From Octopus sinensis (lineage: Eukaryota), in contig NC_043000.1 of NCBI RefSeq assembly GCF_006345805.1, forward strand, positions 41,416,001-41,480,000: a stretch of 64,000 nucleotides of DNA, given 5' to 3'. This document shows, piece by piece, positions 38,504 through 50,364 of the stretch. Both the position numbers and the translations under genes were made by a program. Position 1 is the first letter of the stretch; each line of letters begins with the position of its first letter. Below the pieces are notes generated by a model. The model did no database searches. It was not told the origin of the DNA and saw only the letters and a program-made list of their open reading frames with translations.

Positions 38504-39189
38504 CTACATTGGATAATGCGTCGGCATTATAAAATCAAAACCGCTGATAAATGGTACAAGCACCACCATGAGGCTGTAACTGAGGGAGAAAATGTAACGA
38601 TTCTTTTGGACTTTCCAGCATGTACAGACCGGACCATCAAGGTAAATAAACTAGATATTGTTGTGAAAGACGAAAACAATAAAGTATGTTTATTGATTGA
38701 CATGAGCATACTCTGTGACTATAATATCTCGGCAAAAGAATTTGATTAGCTCAGAAAATATAATGATTTTTGATCGAAATTGAAAAGTTGTGGCATCTCA
38801 AGACGGTTACAATACCAGTGATTGTAGGAGCACTTGGAATGATCAAAAAAGGAACTGAAAATTATTTAAGAATGATCCCTAGCTTACCATCTACGCAGAA
38901 AGTGAAAAAGATTGTCTTAACTGGTACGTCACATGTACTGAGAAGAGCGTTATTCCTGTGAATTTTCTTACCTCTTTCCCTCTTTATTTTCTGTGTTTAC
39001 ATTTTTTTTTTCCTTTTTTCTCTCTGTCTTTCTTCCCCTTTTTTTCTCTAACACATGACTTTGTAAATGAACAACCTGGTGTGCTTATTTTAATGGCCTA
39101 CCAATGTATACAGCGCGTTTCTCTGCCCTAGGTGTCAGGAAGACACTCTGCAAGAAATGGAAGCAAATTGGAAAGAAGAAGAAAAACCC

Positions 39190-39190
<1 letters not shown>
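38504..39190 (+). mobile_element. R4/Dong-like 3' end, copy a2 (same family)
   Basis: LHW...HYKIKTADKWYKH..EAVTEGENVTILLDF...; same 3' UTR (aatggcctaccaatgtata...aagaaatggaagcaaattgg); (AAT)n on both sides. Confidence 0.88.
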
Positions 39191-39262
<72 letters not shown>

Positions 39263-39715
39263 CAACAACAACAACAGCTCAACAACAGTTTTGACTCCCT
39301 GTAAAAGTCATACGACGTGAAACGTATATACCCTTCAAGCCTCTTCTTTAGTGTCTGCATCCCGTCATCTGCAGACGATAAATTTTCACTTGTTAGATCG
39401 AAGCTTAAACGTAGCCTAGACCGATATGACTACTCAAATATATAAGGAGATAGATGCCCACCAATTTGACACGGAGATTGCAAACGGACTTCGAAAAATA
39501 AAGCAGCCTGCTATGAACCATAAAAGAGTATGCCATCTCACAGAGAAATCTAGCAGGAAGTCGGTAGAAAGCTTGATTAGTCAACAGAACTAGAGAAGTT
39601 ACACCACAGGGATATGATAAACTAGGAAAACATCTCAAAGCACACATGGAAATATAGTGTAACGTACTTCAACCAAGAAAGTGCAGCACATATAATTTTT
39701 AAGCCACCAAGAAAG

Positions 39716-40465
39716 ATGTATGGAATACTAAAAGGACCATAAGCCTATTCCAGATCTAGTTGCTGGATTCCCAACCCGGTCAGTTTGCGGAGCTAATATA
39801 GCCAGCAACTCTAATCTATCTAACTTCCTCTCATTGAAAATAGAACCAGTCATTGGGATGTTTGTGGGAGGACGGAATTAATCATTAACCGCTTCAGCGA
39901 CCTTACAGATTACATAGTAAGCAGCATGGACGCGTCATCCCTATACCCTTCTATCGATATTGTCTTTGCAACGAAGAAATACGCAGAGATTATTTGCGAG
40001 AAGGAAGTAGAGTTCCGGGATGTAAACAAGTGTGACCTGGTTCTTTTACTAAGATTAATGTTTGGAAACAACTACCTCGACCAATACGGCATAAGAAGAT
40101 TCTTCCCCACCGAACCAGCACGAGGCAGACGATCCACCATTACTTCAACAGTAAAAGAAAGAACTCCGGTGGACGTTGGAGTAGATGGACCAGACACTCA
40201 TAGATCAGAGAACGACACTCAGTTACGAAAGCTGATCGCACGTGCAATTGGTGCCGTCATAAAAACTGCATTGAAGGGCCATGTATTCGAATTCAATAAG
40301 CTGTATGTGCAAGAAAGAGGAGCAACCATCGGTACCAATATCACTGGAGGCGTAGCCGACCATTTTGTGACCTGATGGGATAGAAAAATTTGGCAATGTT
40401 TTGAAGAAAAATTTATAACGGTCATATTATTCAGTAGGTATGTAGACAACATAAAACTAATCAGG
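39716..40465 (+). pseudogene. Penelope-like retroelement reverse transcriptase relic
   Basis: MYGIL(K)DHK (frameshift), PTRSVCGAN..NSNLSNFLS.KIEP, MDASSLYPSID (motif A), FEFNKLYVQERGATIGTNITGGVA..*WD (motif B), SRYVDN (motif C). Confidence 0.78.
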
Positions 40466-41398
40466 CAATTTTGTAACGTACTTGAAAAGAGTAACTTGGA
40501 AAGCAACCAGCGTATAGCTAACTCCTGCTTCCAAAGCAACAAAATAACAACAAACTACCTAACTGTGCACTCCAAAAATAGACTTCCTGTCTTGTCAGGT
40601 ACAAAATGGGGAAAATGAAACGGCCACACCACCACCAACATTAACATACATTCCTAAAAAGAAAAACGTGTACACATACTATATGATATATAGGACCATT
40701 TACAAATCTGAATCTACGAGTATTCCTGCGTATGTTGCTGATACATACCACCAAACACACGCATCACGTCACACGTATTTGCATACTTGTGTATTGCTGC
40801 TTCTTACCGCCATTTACATGTATCTTTGCATAAATTGTCATTGAATTCGTGTAAATCATATACGATGGCAGAAATTTTAGACTACCCCTACCTTTCCTTC
40901 ACCTCGAAAAATGAATTATTATGGACCTAAATATCGGTGTCCATCATTGACTAGTTCAAATTAGGCCGAAATCGCGTGATTAGCGGCAGACAATCATTGC
41001 TTCTATCCGAGTGGTGGAAGCATCGGTGATTGTCTACTGGCGATAGCTACGCTGTGCTTTTACGCACCATATAAACCATATCAGTTTTTTCGCTTGGTAA
41101 ATATCGCAGTATTTGCATGTTCTAAATTGACATCTTTTTACAAGTGGTGAATATTTTACCTTTTGGTGTTAATACAGCCTCTGTCTGTCGATCTGTCTGG
41201 CTCTCTAACTCTCACTCCCCCTCTCTCCCCCTCTTTCTCTTCACACTCACACACATACACACATCTTTATATATATATACATGCATACACACAATATTAT
41301 TATGTAGGCTCCTAAAGTTTATGAGTGATCACCGTGCAATGACTAAAGAAAACAGTCTAACAGTATGGCTTGTAAGCTCTCAGTGGAAAGCGGTTTCC

Positions 41399-41437
<39 letters not shown>

Positions 41438-41742
41438 TGGATTGTCTCGCCAAGGATGTGAACATCGTTGCGGGGAACGAATGTTTCGTGTTTTTCTTTT
41501 TATATTTCATTTCAAAGAAACCAGGACATGAATTAGTAACTACCCCACAGGAAACGTAGGGTCGTCAATTAAATAAACGATATTAAAATCAACGATGTTG
41601 TATTTTTAACCAAATTTTCTGCTATAAAAAATTTCAGAGTATGTCTTTAAATCTCTGATAAAGTGATTTATGATGTAATATTTAACACACAACTGAATAC
41701 ATTTGTAGCTTCACGCAAAAAACAATTTCTATTTTATTTATT

Positions 41743-41800
41743 TACTAGCTGAATAGCTCGTCGTTGCCGGAAAAGTTTTAGAATAGAATGTCTTACATAA
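41743..41800 (-). mobile_element. Possible Helitron-type 3' terminus
   Basis: Minus strand ...ccggcaacgacgagctattcagCTAGT resembles Helitron/HINE ends; extent of the element undetermined. Confidence 0.3.
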
Positions 41801-42833
41801 ACATGCCAGAACATGCCTTCCCCGACAGATAGGTCTCTTGATCAGAACAGATTTGTGAAAATTTTCCTCCAAAAAACCTTCGTTGAGGATTTCTTTCTTT
41901 TTAAAATTATTAATATGGTTCTCTATCATAGTGACGATAATTTTTCCTACTATTAATAATTATATCTGGACAGTATTTTTTATATCTTTGTCAGTCTGGA
42001 CAGGCATACTCCAGATTATTGCAGCCAGATCCATGTCACGTGCTGCGCTCTCTTTCAATGTAAAAAGTCAGACAGATTTTCGCTATTTGGTGAAAAAAGC
42101 GAAAAAAGCTGTTGAAAAAATCTTAAGTGAAAAAACTATTGTATAGAGGACCCACATAAAAGAATTGAGGACAAGACTTTCCCTACTCAAATCTATATCA
42201 AGATTTACTTGAAGTAGAGAAAAAAAGCCTTCAAACTAATTTCTTCAAACCAATTCCATGAAGACTGTGTGCCCTGGCGGTACTTTATAGGATAGGTATA
42301 GGTCTCGAGATAAGGCCGATTTTCCAGGGTTTTTACGACAGGTCGGTGGAGCTCAACGTGTGTAGTGGTAAAAGTAATGTTCTGAGACGAAAAGCTATTT
42401 ATGTCCCAAGATGTCTTCAGGCTCTCGGAGACCTTTCCATGTACATAGTACTCGTTAACATTAGTGAGCAGTTGTCTTGGAACGTACTTGGAATAAGAAA
42501 ATTACGACTGATATTTTCGCTCTTTTTTTCACTGTCTTTGTCCCCTTATCTGCGACACACATTTAAGCGCCCGCAAAATGCCCCCCATACACATACACAT
42601 GTTTTCAAACAAACACACAAGCATGCATATCATCAAATGTACAAGCTTACTGACAGACGTCCACCCGCGTTTATAAATGCCAAACCCTCTTTTCCCTCTC
42701 TTCCCTCTTTTTCCCTCTCTTCTCTCTTTTTCCCTCACTCTGTTTCTCTTTGTTCCTCTCTCCCTCTCTCTCTTCTTTCTCACTTTCTCACTCTCTCTCT
42801 CTCTCTCTCTCTCACACGCACATACCCAGTCTC

Positions 42834-42834
<1 letters not shown>

Positions 42835-42901
<67 letters not shown>

Positions 42902-42920
42902 ATATAATATATATATACAT

Positions 42921-42956
<36 letters not shown>

Positions 42957-42957
42957 C

Positions 42958-43002
<45 letters not shown>

Positions 43003-43003
43003 C

Positions 43004-43040
<37 letters not shown>

Positions 43041-43075
43041 ATATATATATATATATACACACACATAAACATATA
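42835..43075. repeat. (TA)n microsatellite
   Basis: Direct reading. Confidence 0.95.
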
Positions 43076-43362
43076 TATAAATATATACACATATACATAC
43101 ATACGCAGAAAATACAAATCGTTACACACGTAAGTACGTATATACATAGGTGTATACGTATATACGTACATATCACGAGAGATGCTTCAAAAACCTGATA
43201 GGTTTGTATAATGTAATACCTTCACAATACCTTTCAGTCCGATACGGCAAAAGCGTGAAACCGTATTAACAGCAGCTTGAAGCTTGCCATTGTTATTCTT
43301 GTTGTAATCGAAGACGAAGCTGTCACTGCCTTCGCTTTCGTTGTTGATCGTTTTCACTGGCA

Positions 43363-43440
43363 ACATCGTCGTCGTCACCACCACCAACACCACCACCACC
43401 ACCACCACCACCACCATCACCATCATCATCATCATCATCA

Positions 43441-43485
<45 letters not shown>

Positions 43486-43491
43486 TCGTCG

Positions 43492-43525
<34 letters not shown>

Positions 43526-43830
43526 CACCATCATCATCGTCGTCGTCGTCGTCGTCATCATAATCATCATAATCATCACCATCATCGTCGTCATCATCAT
43601 CACCGTCGTCGTCGTCGTCATTATCATCATCATCATCATCATAGCAAACGCTGCTGTCGGTTTGATAACATCACCTTAATATGTTTTCGTCTTCGTCGTT
43701 GTCGTCATCATCATAATCGTTGTCATCGTTGTTGTCGTGGTAGTCATCGTCATTATTATCAAATTTATGTTCTTCGTCTTCGTTATCCTCATCTTTATTA
43801 CCATCCTCATCATTATCACTACCGTCATTA
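43363..43830. repeat. Mosaic (CAC)n/(CAT)n/(CGT)n microsatellite
   Basis: Direct reading; source of the poly-H/R/M ORFs. Confidence 0.95.
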
Positions 43831-43899
43831 TCATTATTATCAGCAGAGCTTTTTTTGAGGTGGGGGGCAACGTTTCAAAAACTATATTTCTGAAATACA

Positions 43900-44770
43900 T
43901 ATTTTGTACTTGAATCAGTCCTAGTGCTATGTTTATACATGTATGGAAAGAGATAATGCTGAGAGGAGATCAAACAGATCGAAACCCAGAGAAGCTATTT
44001 AAAATTTTGTGAAATTACGACTTTATTGAAGGTGATCATCACAACGCTTTTCCTGATTTGAAATACGGCATCGAATATTTGTCTTTAAAAGCGGCGCGCT
44101 GGCAGAAGCGTTAGCACGCCGGGCGAAATGCGGTATTTCGTCTGCCGCTGCGTTCTGAGTTCAAATTCCGCCGAGATCGACTTTGCCTTTCATCCTTTCG
44201 GGGTCGATCAAATAAATACCAGTTACGCATTGGGGCCGATATAATCGACTTAATCTATTTGTCTGTCCTTGGCTGTCCCCTCTGTGTTTAGCTGCTTGTA
44301 GGTAGTAAAGAAATAAGAAACGTTAGCACGTCGGGCGAAATGCGTAGCGGTATTTCGTCTGCCGCTACGTTCTGAGTTCAAATTCCGCCGAGGTCGACTT
44401 TGCCTTTCATCTTTTCGGGGTCGATTAAATAAGTACCAGTTACGCACTGGGGTCGATATAACCGACTTAATTCGTTTGTGTCTGTCCTTGTTTGTCCTTG
44501 TGGGTAGTAAAGAAATAGGTATTTCGTCTGTCTTTACGTTCGGATATCAGATTCCGTCGAGGTTGACTTTGCTTTTCATCCTTTTCGGGATCGATAAATT
44601 AAGTACCAGTTGCGTACTGGGGTAGATCTAATCGACTGGCCTCCTCAGCCCAAATCTCGGTCCTTGTGCCTAGAGTTAGGGTTAGGCTAGAGTAGAAAAA
44701 AATATTTGTCATTAGTTTCCTTTGACTGCCATTGCTAAAATATTCAGTTGGAGATTAATTTTTTTTTCTG
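43900..44770 (+). pseudogene. Possible hAT transposase C-terminal (dimerisation) relic, split by the SINE trimer
   Basis: Joining across the TSD gives ...NAFPDL / NTASNICH*FPLTAIAKIFS, resembling FP.L..ALRI.L..PVT.A..ERSFS. Confidence 0.3.
44084..44700 (+). mobile_element. S2 SINE trimer with 10-bp TSD
   Basis: aatatttgtc at 44074-44083 and 44701-44710; two tail-I units plus a terminal tail-T unit. Confidence 0.88.
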
Positions 44771-46456
44771 TTTAATATTGTTTTGATATCATATTGTTTT
44801 CTGTTTATCATTTGAGGACTAATTTAAATGATTGTTTTTTTTTTATGATCATTATGTTCATTAATACGCGAATCACTGTTTTGGTGAAATCTGCTCTACG
44901 CGTTTTGTTTCACTTTTCCAGTTAAATGATCTTGGACAATAAAAAGAAGCACCTTTTAAAAGTCTCGTATCATTTCGGGCGTTTACATGCCATAATATGT
45001 CAGAATGGAATTCTGATGTGGGAGTGTGAAGAAATTTGTCGATATCATAGTACACCCAAAATCTTTTGTTTCTTACGTCTCTGTAACATGAAATATTAAG
45101 CAACACCCTCTAGATTAATGCGTGTGTGTGTGTGTGTGTGTGTGTAGGACGGCATAAACACGCACATAGGATTGCTTATACAAGCAGAAGAAATTAAAAT
45201 ACGTACATAAAGAAGAGTACATCGGTGAATCGAGGGACAAAAGATTTGTTTGAACTCGCCTATCAAATTACACGCAAGCACACACACACACTCACATACA
45301 CACACACAAGCATATCTATATGAACTAATAACAGAAAACAAGTTATTAATATTTCGATTCCTTCATTACGTTCGTTTCCATGTAATTTTACGTTTATAAA
45401 ATTATTCAAACAAACGTAATCAAAAGACTCGAAAAATAAATAATTTAATAAGAAACATGTCGAAACACCGGTGATCCAGAATACTCTTGTACCAATAAGG
45501 TGAGTGTGATATGAACACACTGTTGTTGTAATGGGGGGAAGTTGTCCTCTTTTTAAATACACCACAGCGACAAGCATATTTTGCGCTCGAATCTGCCTGA
45601 TGTATTAAGAAGACATATATACAAATCACCGCTTCAGATCTTGCTCTACAGAGTGCAAATAACGACTTTTAAAATAAATATTTTGTTTTCTGCCATTTTA
45701 TGATGTCTTTTTCCTACATAATAACGAAAATCTAAAATATACATTTTAATGACTTCGGAAGTGCACATGCAATATCGGAATATAGAAGTTTAATATTGCA
45801 TAGAGACTGAGCGTTAATTCTTATAGTCATGTGCCGTGCATTTAAAGCATATTATACATTACATACATGGCACGAATTTGCAATGACGTTTGGTTGATAA
45901 CTATTGTGGGATGGGCGCGTCCACATCTTTTGTATATATTTTGCATGTGCTCCTTGTCGATTTTCTGTGCAAAATTTTATTATTGATATATATATATATA
46001 GAGAGAGAGAGAGAAAGAAAGAGAGGGAGAGCGGGAGGGAGAGAGCATCTCTGTTAACTGCTGCAATCGCTAAATACTTTCACAAGACAAACAGCACACA
46101 CACAAAAACACGCACACACATTCACACATGTGCACACGCACATACAGACACGCATATAATAATATGTGAAGAATGCTCATTTTAAATACTGAGAATAAGA
46201 GCTCATACCTAAAATCCTAAAATCCAATGTCCAACAAGAAGACATGGGATCCAGAGAAACAAGACTTGGTTTCAAATTACATTTATAGTCACATTTATAT
46301 GTGTATGTATATATGTGTGTGCGTGCGTGTGTGTATGAGTGTGTGTGTATGTGTGTGTGTGTGTATGTGTGTGTAAGGCTCAACATAGTGTGAATAAAAA
46401 GGACCTTCGGGCGTTGTGCTTAGAGTAGAAAAGATTCTTTCTACGTTTCTTTTTAA

Positions 46457-46670
46457 GAGGCGGCGAGCTGGCAGAAGTTAGCACGTCGGTCGAAACGCTT
46501 AGCAGTATTTCGTCTGTTTTTACGTTCTGAGTTCAAATTCCGGCGAGGTCGACTTTGCTTTTCATCCTTTCGGGTTCGATAAATTAAGTACCAGTTACGT
46601 ATTGGGGTCGATCTAATCGACTGGCCTTCTCCCCCCAAATTTCGGGCCTTGTGCCTAGAGTAGAAAAGAT
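46457..46670 (+). mobile_element. S2 SINE monomer (tail T), preceded by an isolated tail fragment at 46405-46437
   Basis: gaggcggcgagctggcag...gtgcctagagtagaaaagat. Confidence 0.9.
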
Positions 46671-46937
46671 ATTACTATATCTTTACACTAATTTTAATAT
46701 AATAAGCGGTTTCCCCCTTCTCTTTCTCATACACACACACACACACACACACATGCAAACACATTCTGCGTGTGTGAGTATGCATGAATTTGTCACATTC
46801 ATGTGGCCTACCGAAGCTAAGTAGTGTAACCACCCAATCTAAACATGCATACATCATCCTTAAACGATATAGGAAGAGAGAGAGAGAGAGGTGGAGAGAA
46901 AGAGAAGGAGAGAGAAACACAAACGTATATAATGTAT

Positions 46938-47260
46938 AACGGGAAGCTTTATGAAAATAAACAAAAGACGAAGGCAGGTGGAAAACAAACGAACAATTGT
47001 ATTAGTATGGCGCTCAGGAAATATAAATAAAACAAGTCTTTAACGTTTCGAGCCTACGCTCTTCAACAGAAAGATACATAGAGAGAGAAAAACACAGAAA
47101 GAAGGAGAGAAAAAAATGCGTGCAGTAGCTAACGAATCAACATGGCGATCTGATTTCGGCCAGAGGTCAAAGATCAAACATGAGACGCGAGAGCGAAATA
47201 AGGGGGATAATAGGGTTGATAAATGGGTTGAGGGACCAGCTAAAAGTGCGTGGGAGGGGT
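46938..47260 (-). mobile_element. Hammerhead cassette H1, copy 2 (longer)
   Basis: Same aacgggaagctttatg...aaatgcgtgcag sequence as 13955-14140, extended by ~130 bp. Confidence 0.78.
47037..47074 (-). ncRNA. Minimal type I hammerhead motif (core variant CUGUUGA)
   Basis: tcttt-CTGTTGA-A-GAGC gtag GCTC-GAAAC-GTT-aaaga; with copy 1 the implied consensus core is CTGATGA. Confidence 0.7.
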
Positions 47261-47575
47261 CTGGATGTGTGTATGTATAGGGTTGGTGTATGTATTAGTA
47301 TGTATAGGTGTGTGTGTGTGTGTGTGTGTATGAGAGAGTATAGTGCGTAAGATTGGTTCTGGACGTGCGTATGTATGGGTTGGTGTATGTATTAGTATGT
47401 ATTAGTATGTATAGTACGTATTGGTATGTATAGGTGTGTGGTGTGTGTGTGAGAGAGTATAAGTGCGTATGCGGGGTCTGGACGTGTGTATGTATAGGGT
47501 TGGTGTAAGTATTAGTATGTACTAGTATGTATTAGTACGTATTAGTATGTATTAGTTGGTGTGTGTATTAGTATG
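47258..47575. repeat. Three ~100-120-bp tandem units built from tagtatgtat sub-repeats
   Basis: g(g/t)tctgga(c/t)gtg(t/c)gtatgtat(a)gggttggtgta recurs three times. Confidence 0.85.
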
Positions 47576-47619
47576 GCACATCATATGTGATGTGATGTGT
47601 AAAGTCATGTGGTGTAGTG

Positions 47620-47880
47620 AGGAGAAGAGGGGGACGGGGAGAAGAGGGGGAGGGGGGAGAAGAGGGGGGAGAGAAGGGGAGGGGAAGAAGAGGGGGAGGA
47701 GAAGGGGGAGAGGAGAGGATGGGGGAGAAGGAAGGGGATGAGGGGGAGAGAGAAGGGGAGAGAGGGAGTGAGGGAGCAGAGGGAAGGGGAAGAGGGAGGG
47801 AGAAAGAGGGAAGAAGGGAAGGGGAGTAGGGGTGAAAGGATGAAGGACTGAAGAAGTAGGGGTCGAGGGGAGAAAGGATC
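47620..47880. repeat. G/A polypurine tract with many G-runs
   Basis: Direct reading. Confidence 0.9.
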
Positions 47881-48378
47881 ATATACACACCATAATTTGA
47901 AAATAATTCTTCTATATCGTACCTGCTCTCCACAAATTCGTCACTGTCTTATCTTCGCTATCATCTTTCTTACCCGTGTGATATCATAATCACTTTGTGA
48001 TCAACATAAATTTGAATCTTTCAACACTTATACCGTTGTAGTCTTTGATGTTTTCCTATTCTTTTGTTCTACGCATTTCGTTTGCTTCTGTGATTTTCTT
48101 TTCTTTCTTTCTTGCCTGTCTTTCTTTCACTTTTTCAAACCTTTCTTCTCCCTTTGTCACTTCTTTTTTTCATTGTCTTTTTTTTTTGATTATTTCTCTT
48201 TTCTATCTATTTTTCATCTCATTCTTTCTGTCAACTCTCATTTATTCTCCGTGTCTCTCATATTCCTTTCATACCTTTCATTTAATTTCTTTATATCTTT
48301 CATTGTTTCGATTCCTCGTTTTTTTTTTTGTCTTTCTTCATATAAGAATGTCATCTGTTAACCAACACAAGGAAATAT

Positions 48379-48830
48379 TGGTTTCAAATTTTGGTACAAG
48401 GCCAGCAATGTTGATGGGAAGAGTAAGTCTCTTACATCGACTACAGTGCTCAACAGGTATTTATTTTATCGATCCCGAAATGATGAAAGGCAAAGTCAAC
48501 CACGGCGTAATTCGAACTCAGAATGGGAAGACAGACGAAAGTTTGCTAAGCATTTTTCCAGGTGTACTAACAATTCTGCCCGCTCGCTGCCTTAACACAA
48601 GGAAATATAAATAAACCTTCTCGAGGCGGCGAGCTAGCAGAATCGTTACCACGGTGGGCCAAAAGCTTAGCATTTTTATGTTCTGAGTTCAAATTTCACT
48701 GAGATCAAGCTTGCCTTACATCCTTTCGGGGTCGATAAAATAAGTATCAGTTGAGTACTGGGGTCGATATAATCGATCTGCCTCCTCCATGAAATTGCTG
48801 GCCTTATGCCTAAATTTGAAAATTATAAGT
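48379..48830. mobile_element. Head-to-head S2 SINE pair (48379-48593 minus with 15-bp TSD; 48624-48830 plus)
   Basis: TSD aacacaaggaaatat at 48364-48378 and 48594-48608. Confidence 0.8.
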
Positions 48831-49096
48831 AATATAGCATCTATTAACGCGTGTATCTCCTTCGATCTTTTATTTTATCATAAACAATAAGATGAAGAAA
48901 TAAAACTAATAGAAACAGTGGAGAGCCTGACAAAGTAACCTTGCAGGCTTTTTAAAAGCATTCCATTAAGAAAATGTCCGCGCTTACAAAATAATTGAAT
49001 AACATTGTACGTTTAGAATTTCTCTCCTCGTCTTTTTATCAGACTGTAACTACACTGAGCTACTACTAGCTTCGAGAATTTTATTCGACTATACTA

Positions 49097-49506
49097 TTTT
49101 ACTCTTTTACCTGTTTCAGTCATTTGACTGTGGCCATGCTGGAGCAACGCCTTTAGTCGAGCAAATCGACCCCAGGACTTATTCTTTGTAAGCCTAGTAC
49201 TTATTCTATCGGTCTCTTTTGCCGAACTGCTAAGTTACGGGGACGTAAACACACTAGCACCGGTTGTCAAGCGATGTTGGAGGGGGGGGGACAAACACAG
49301 ACACACAAACATACACATACACATATACATATATATATACATATATACGACGGGCTTCTTTCAGTTTCTGCCTACCAAATCCACTCACAAGACTTTGGTC
49401 GGCCTGAGGCTATAGTAAAAGACACTTGCCCAAGATGCCACACAGTGGGACTGAGCCCGGAACCATGTGGTTGGTAAGCAAGCTACTTACCACACAGCCG
49501 CTCCTG
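49097..49506 (-). mobile_element. S1 SINE, full length
   Basis: Reverse-complement S1. Confidence 0.92.
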
Positions 49507-50364
49507 TAACTTATACATCTTATATTATTGAATGGTTGAGAGATGAAGAAGAGAGACAAGGATTTCAAAATGACATAAAAGGAAGTAACTCATTAACGCA
49601 ATCTAATTCGCCCAACGCTCTTTTGATTCTACCTTCTTCCGCAAATATAAACATTTATCATAAAAATAATATTGAATATTGCCATTCTTATATATCTTTA
49701 TTTCTCTGTGAAAGAAATAATGCACCCATTCAGTATATAGACCTGCGGATATAAGAGATTTGGCAGAACAACAAAGAATTTCCCTGCTTCGCAATCATCC
49801 GGTTACAGGTTCGATCTAACATCGTCATATCTCGGGTAAGTAATTCTTTTCTATTATAGCCCAGAGTTGATCCAAATCCCCAGCATATAAATGTAATTGT
49901 GTCGGCGGAAATTATACGAGAAACCCGCCAAGTGAACTGTACCTATTGGGGTGAGAGTGACAGACTTAATCTGTCGTCTGTTTAATAGCACGACCATGTC
50001 ACTCAAGAATGCTTGCTGCAAAATACACTCAGTTGCAAGCATTACGAGAAAGACTCCCATCTAGTAGTAGTAGTAGTAGTAGTAGGTTGATGATCCTAGT
50101 CGTGGTGATGATGTTAGTCATGATGATGGCAGACATGATGATGATGATGATGATTTCTTTTATTTTCCACAGGGGCATCATACGAGGGGAAAATTATAAG
50201 AACAAGACATTACAAGAACATAACAGTTTGTGCGCGAGGTAGTAGGGAGGTAAATAAATGATGAAAGAACAGAATAGGAAAGAAAGGCGAGAAATGAGAG
50301 AAAACTAAACTGTACTGGTAAGCTGAAGGGCCCCGTACTTAAAGTTCAATTTAAATATCAATTT

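Noticed and set aside
44873-45106. 77-aa minus-strand ORF in unique sequence
   Set aside because: No recognisable domain, splice or signal features; length is compatible with chance.
45445-45480. gtcGAAACaccggtga palindrome resembling a hammerhead stem III
   Set aside because: No CUGANGA core and no GUH triplet.
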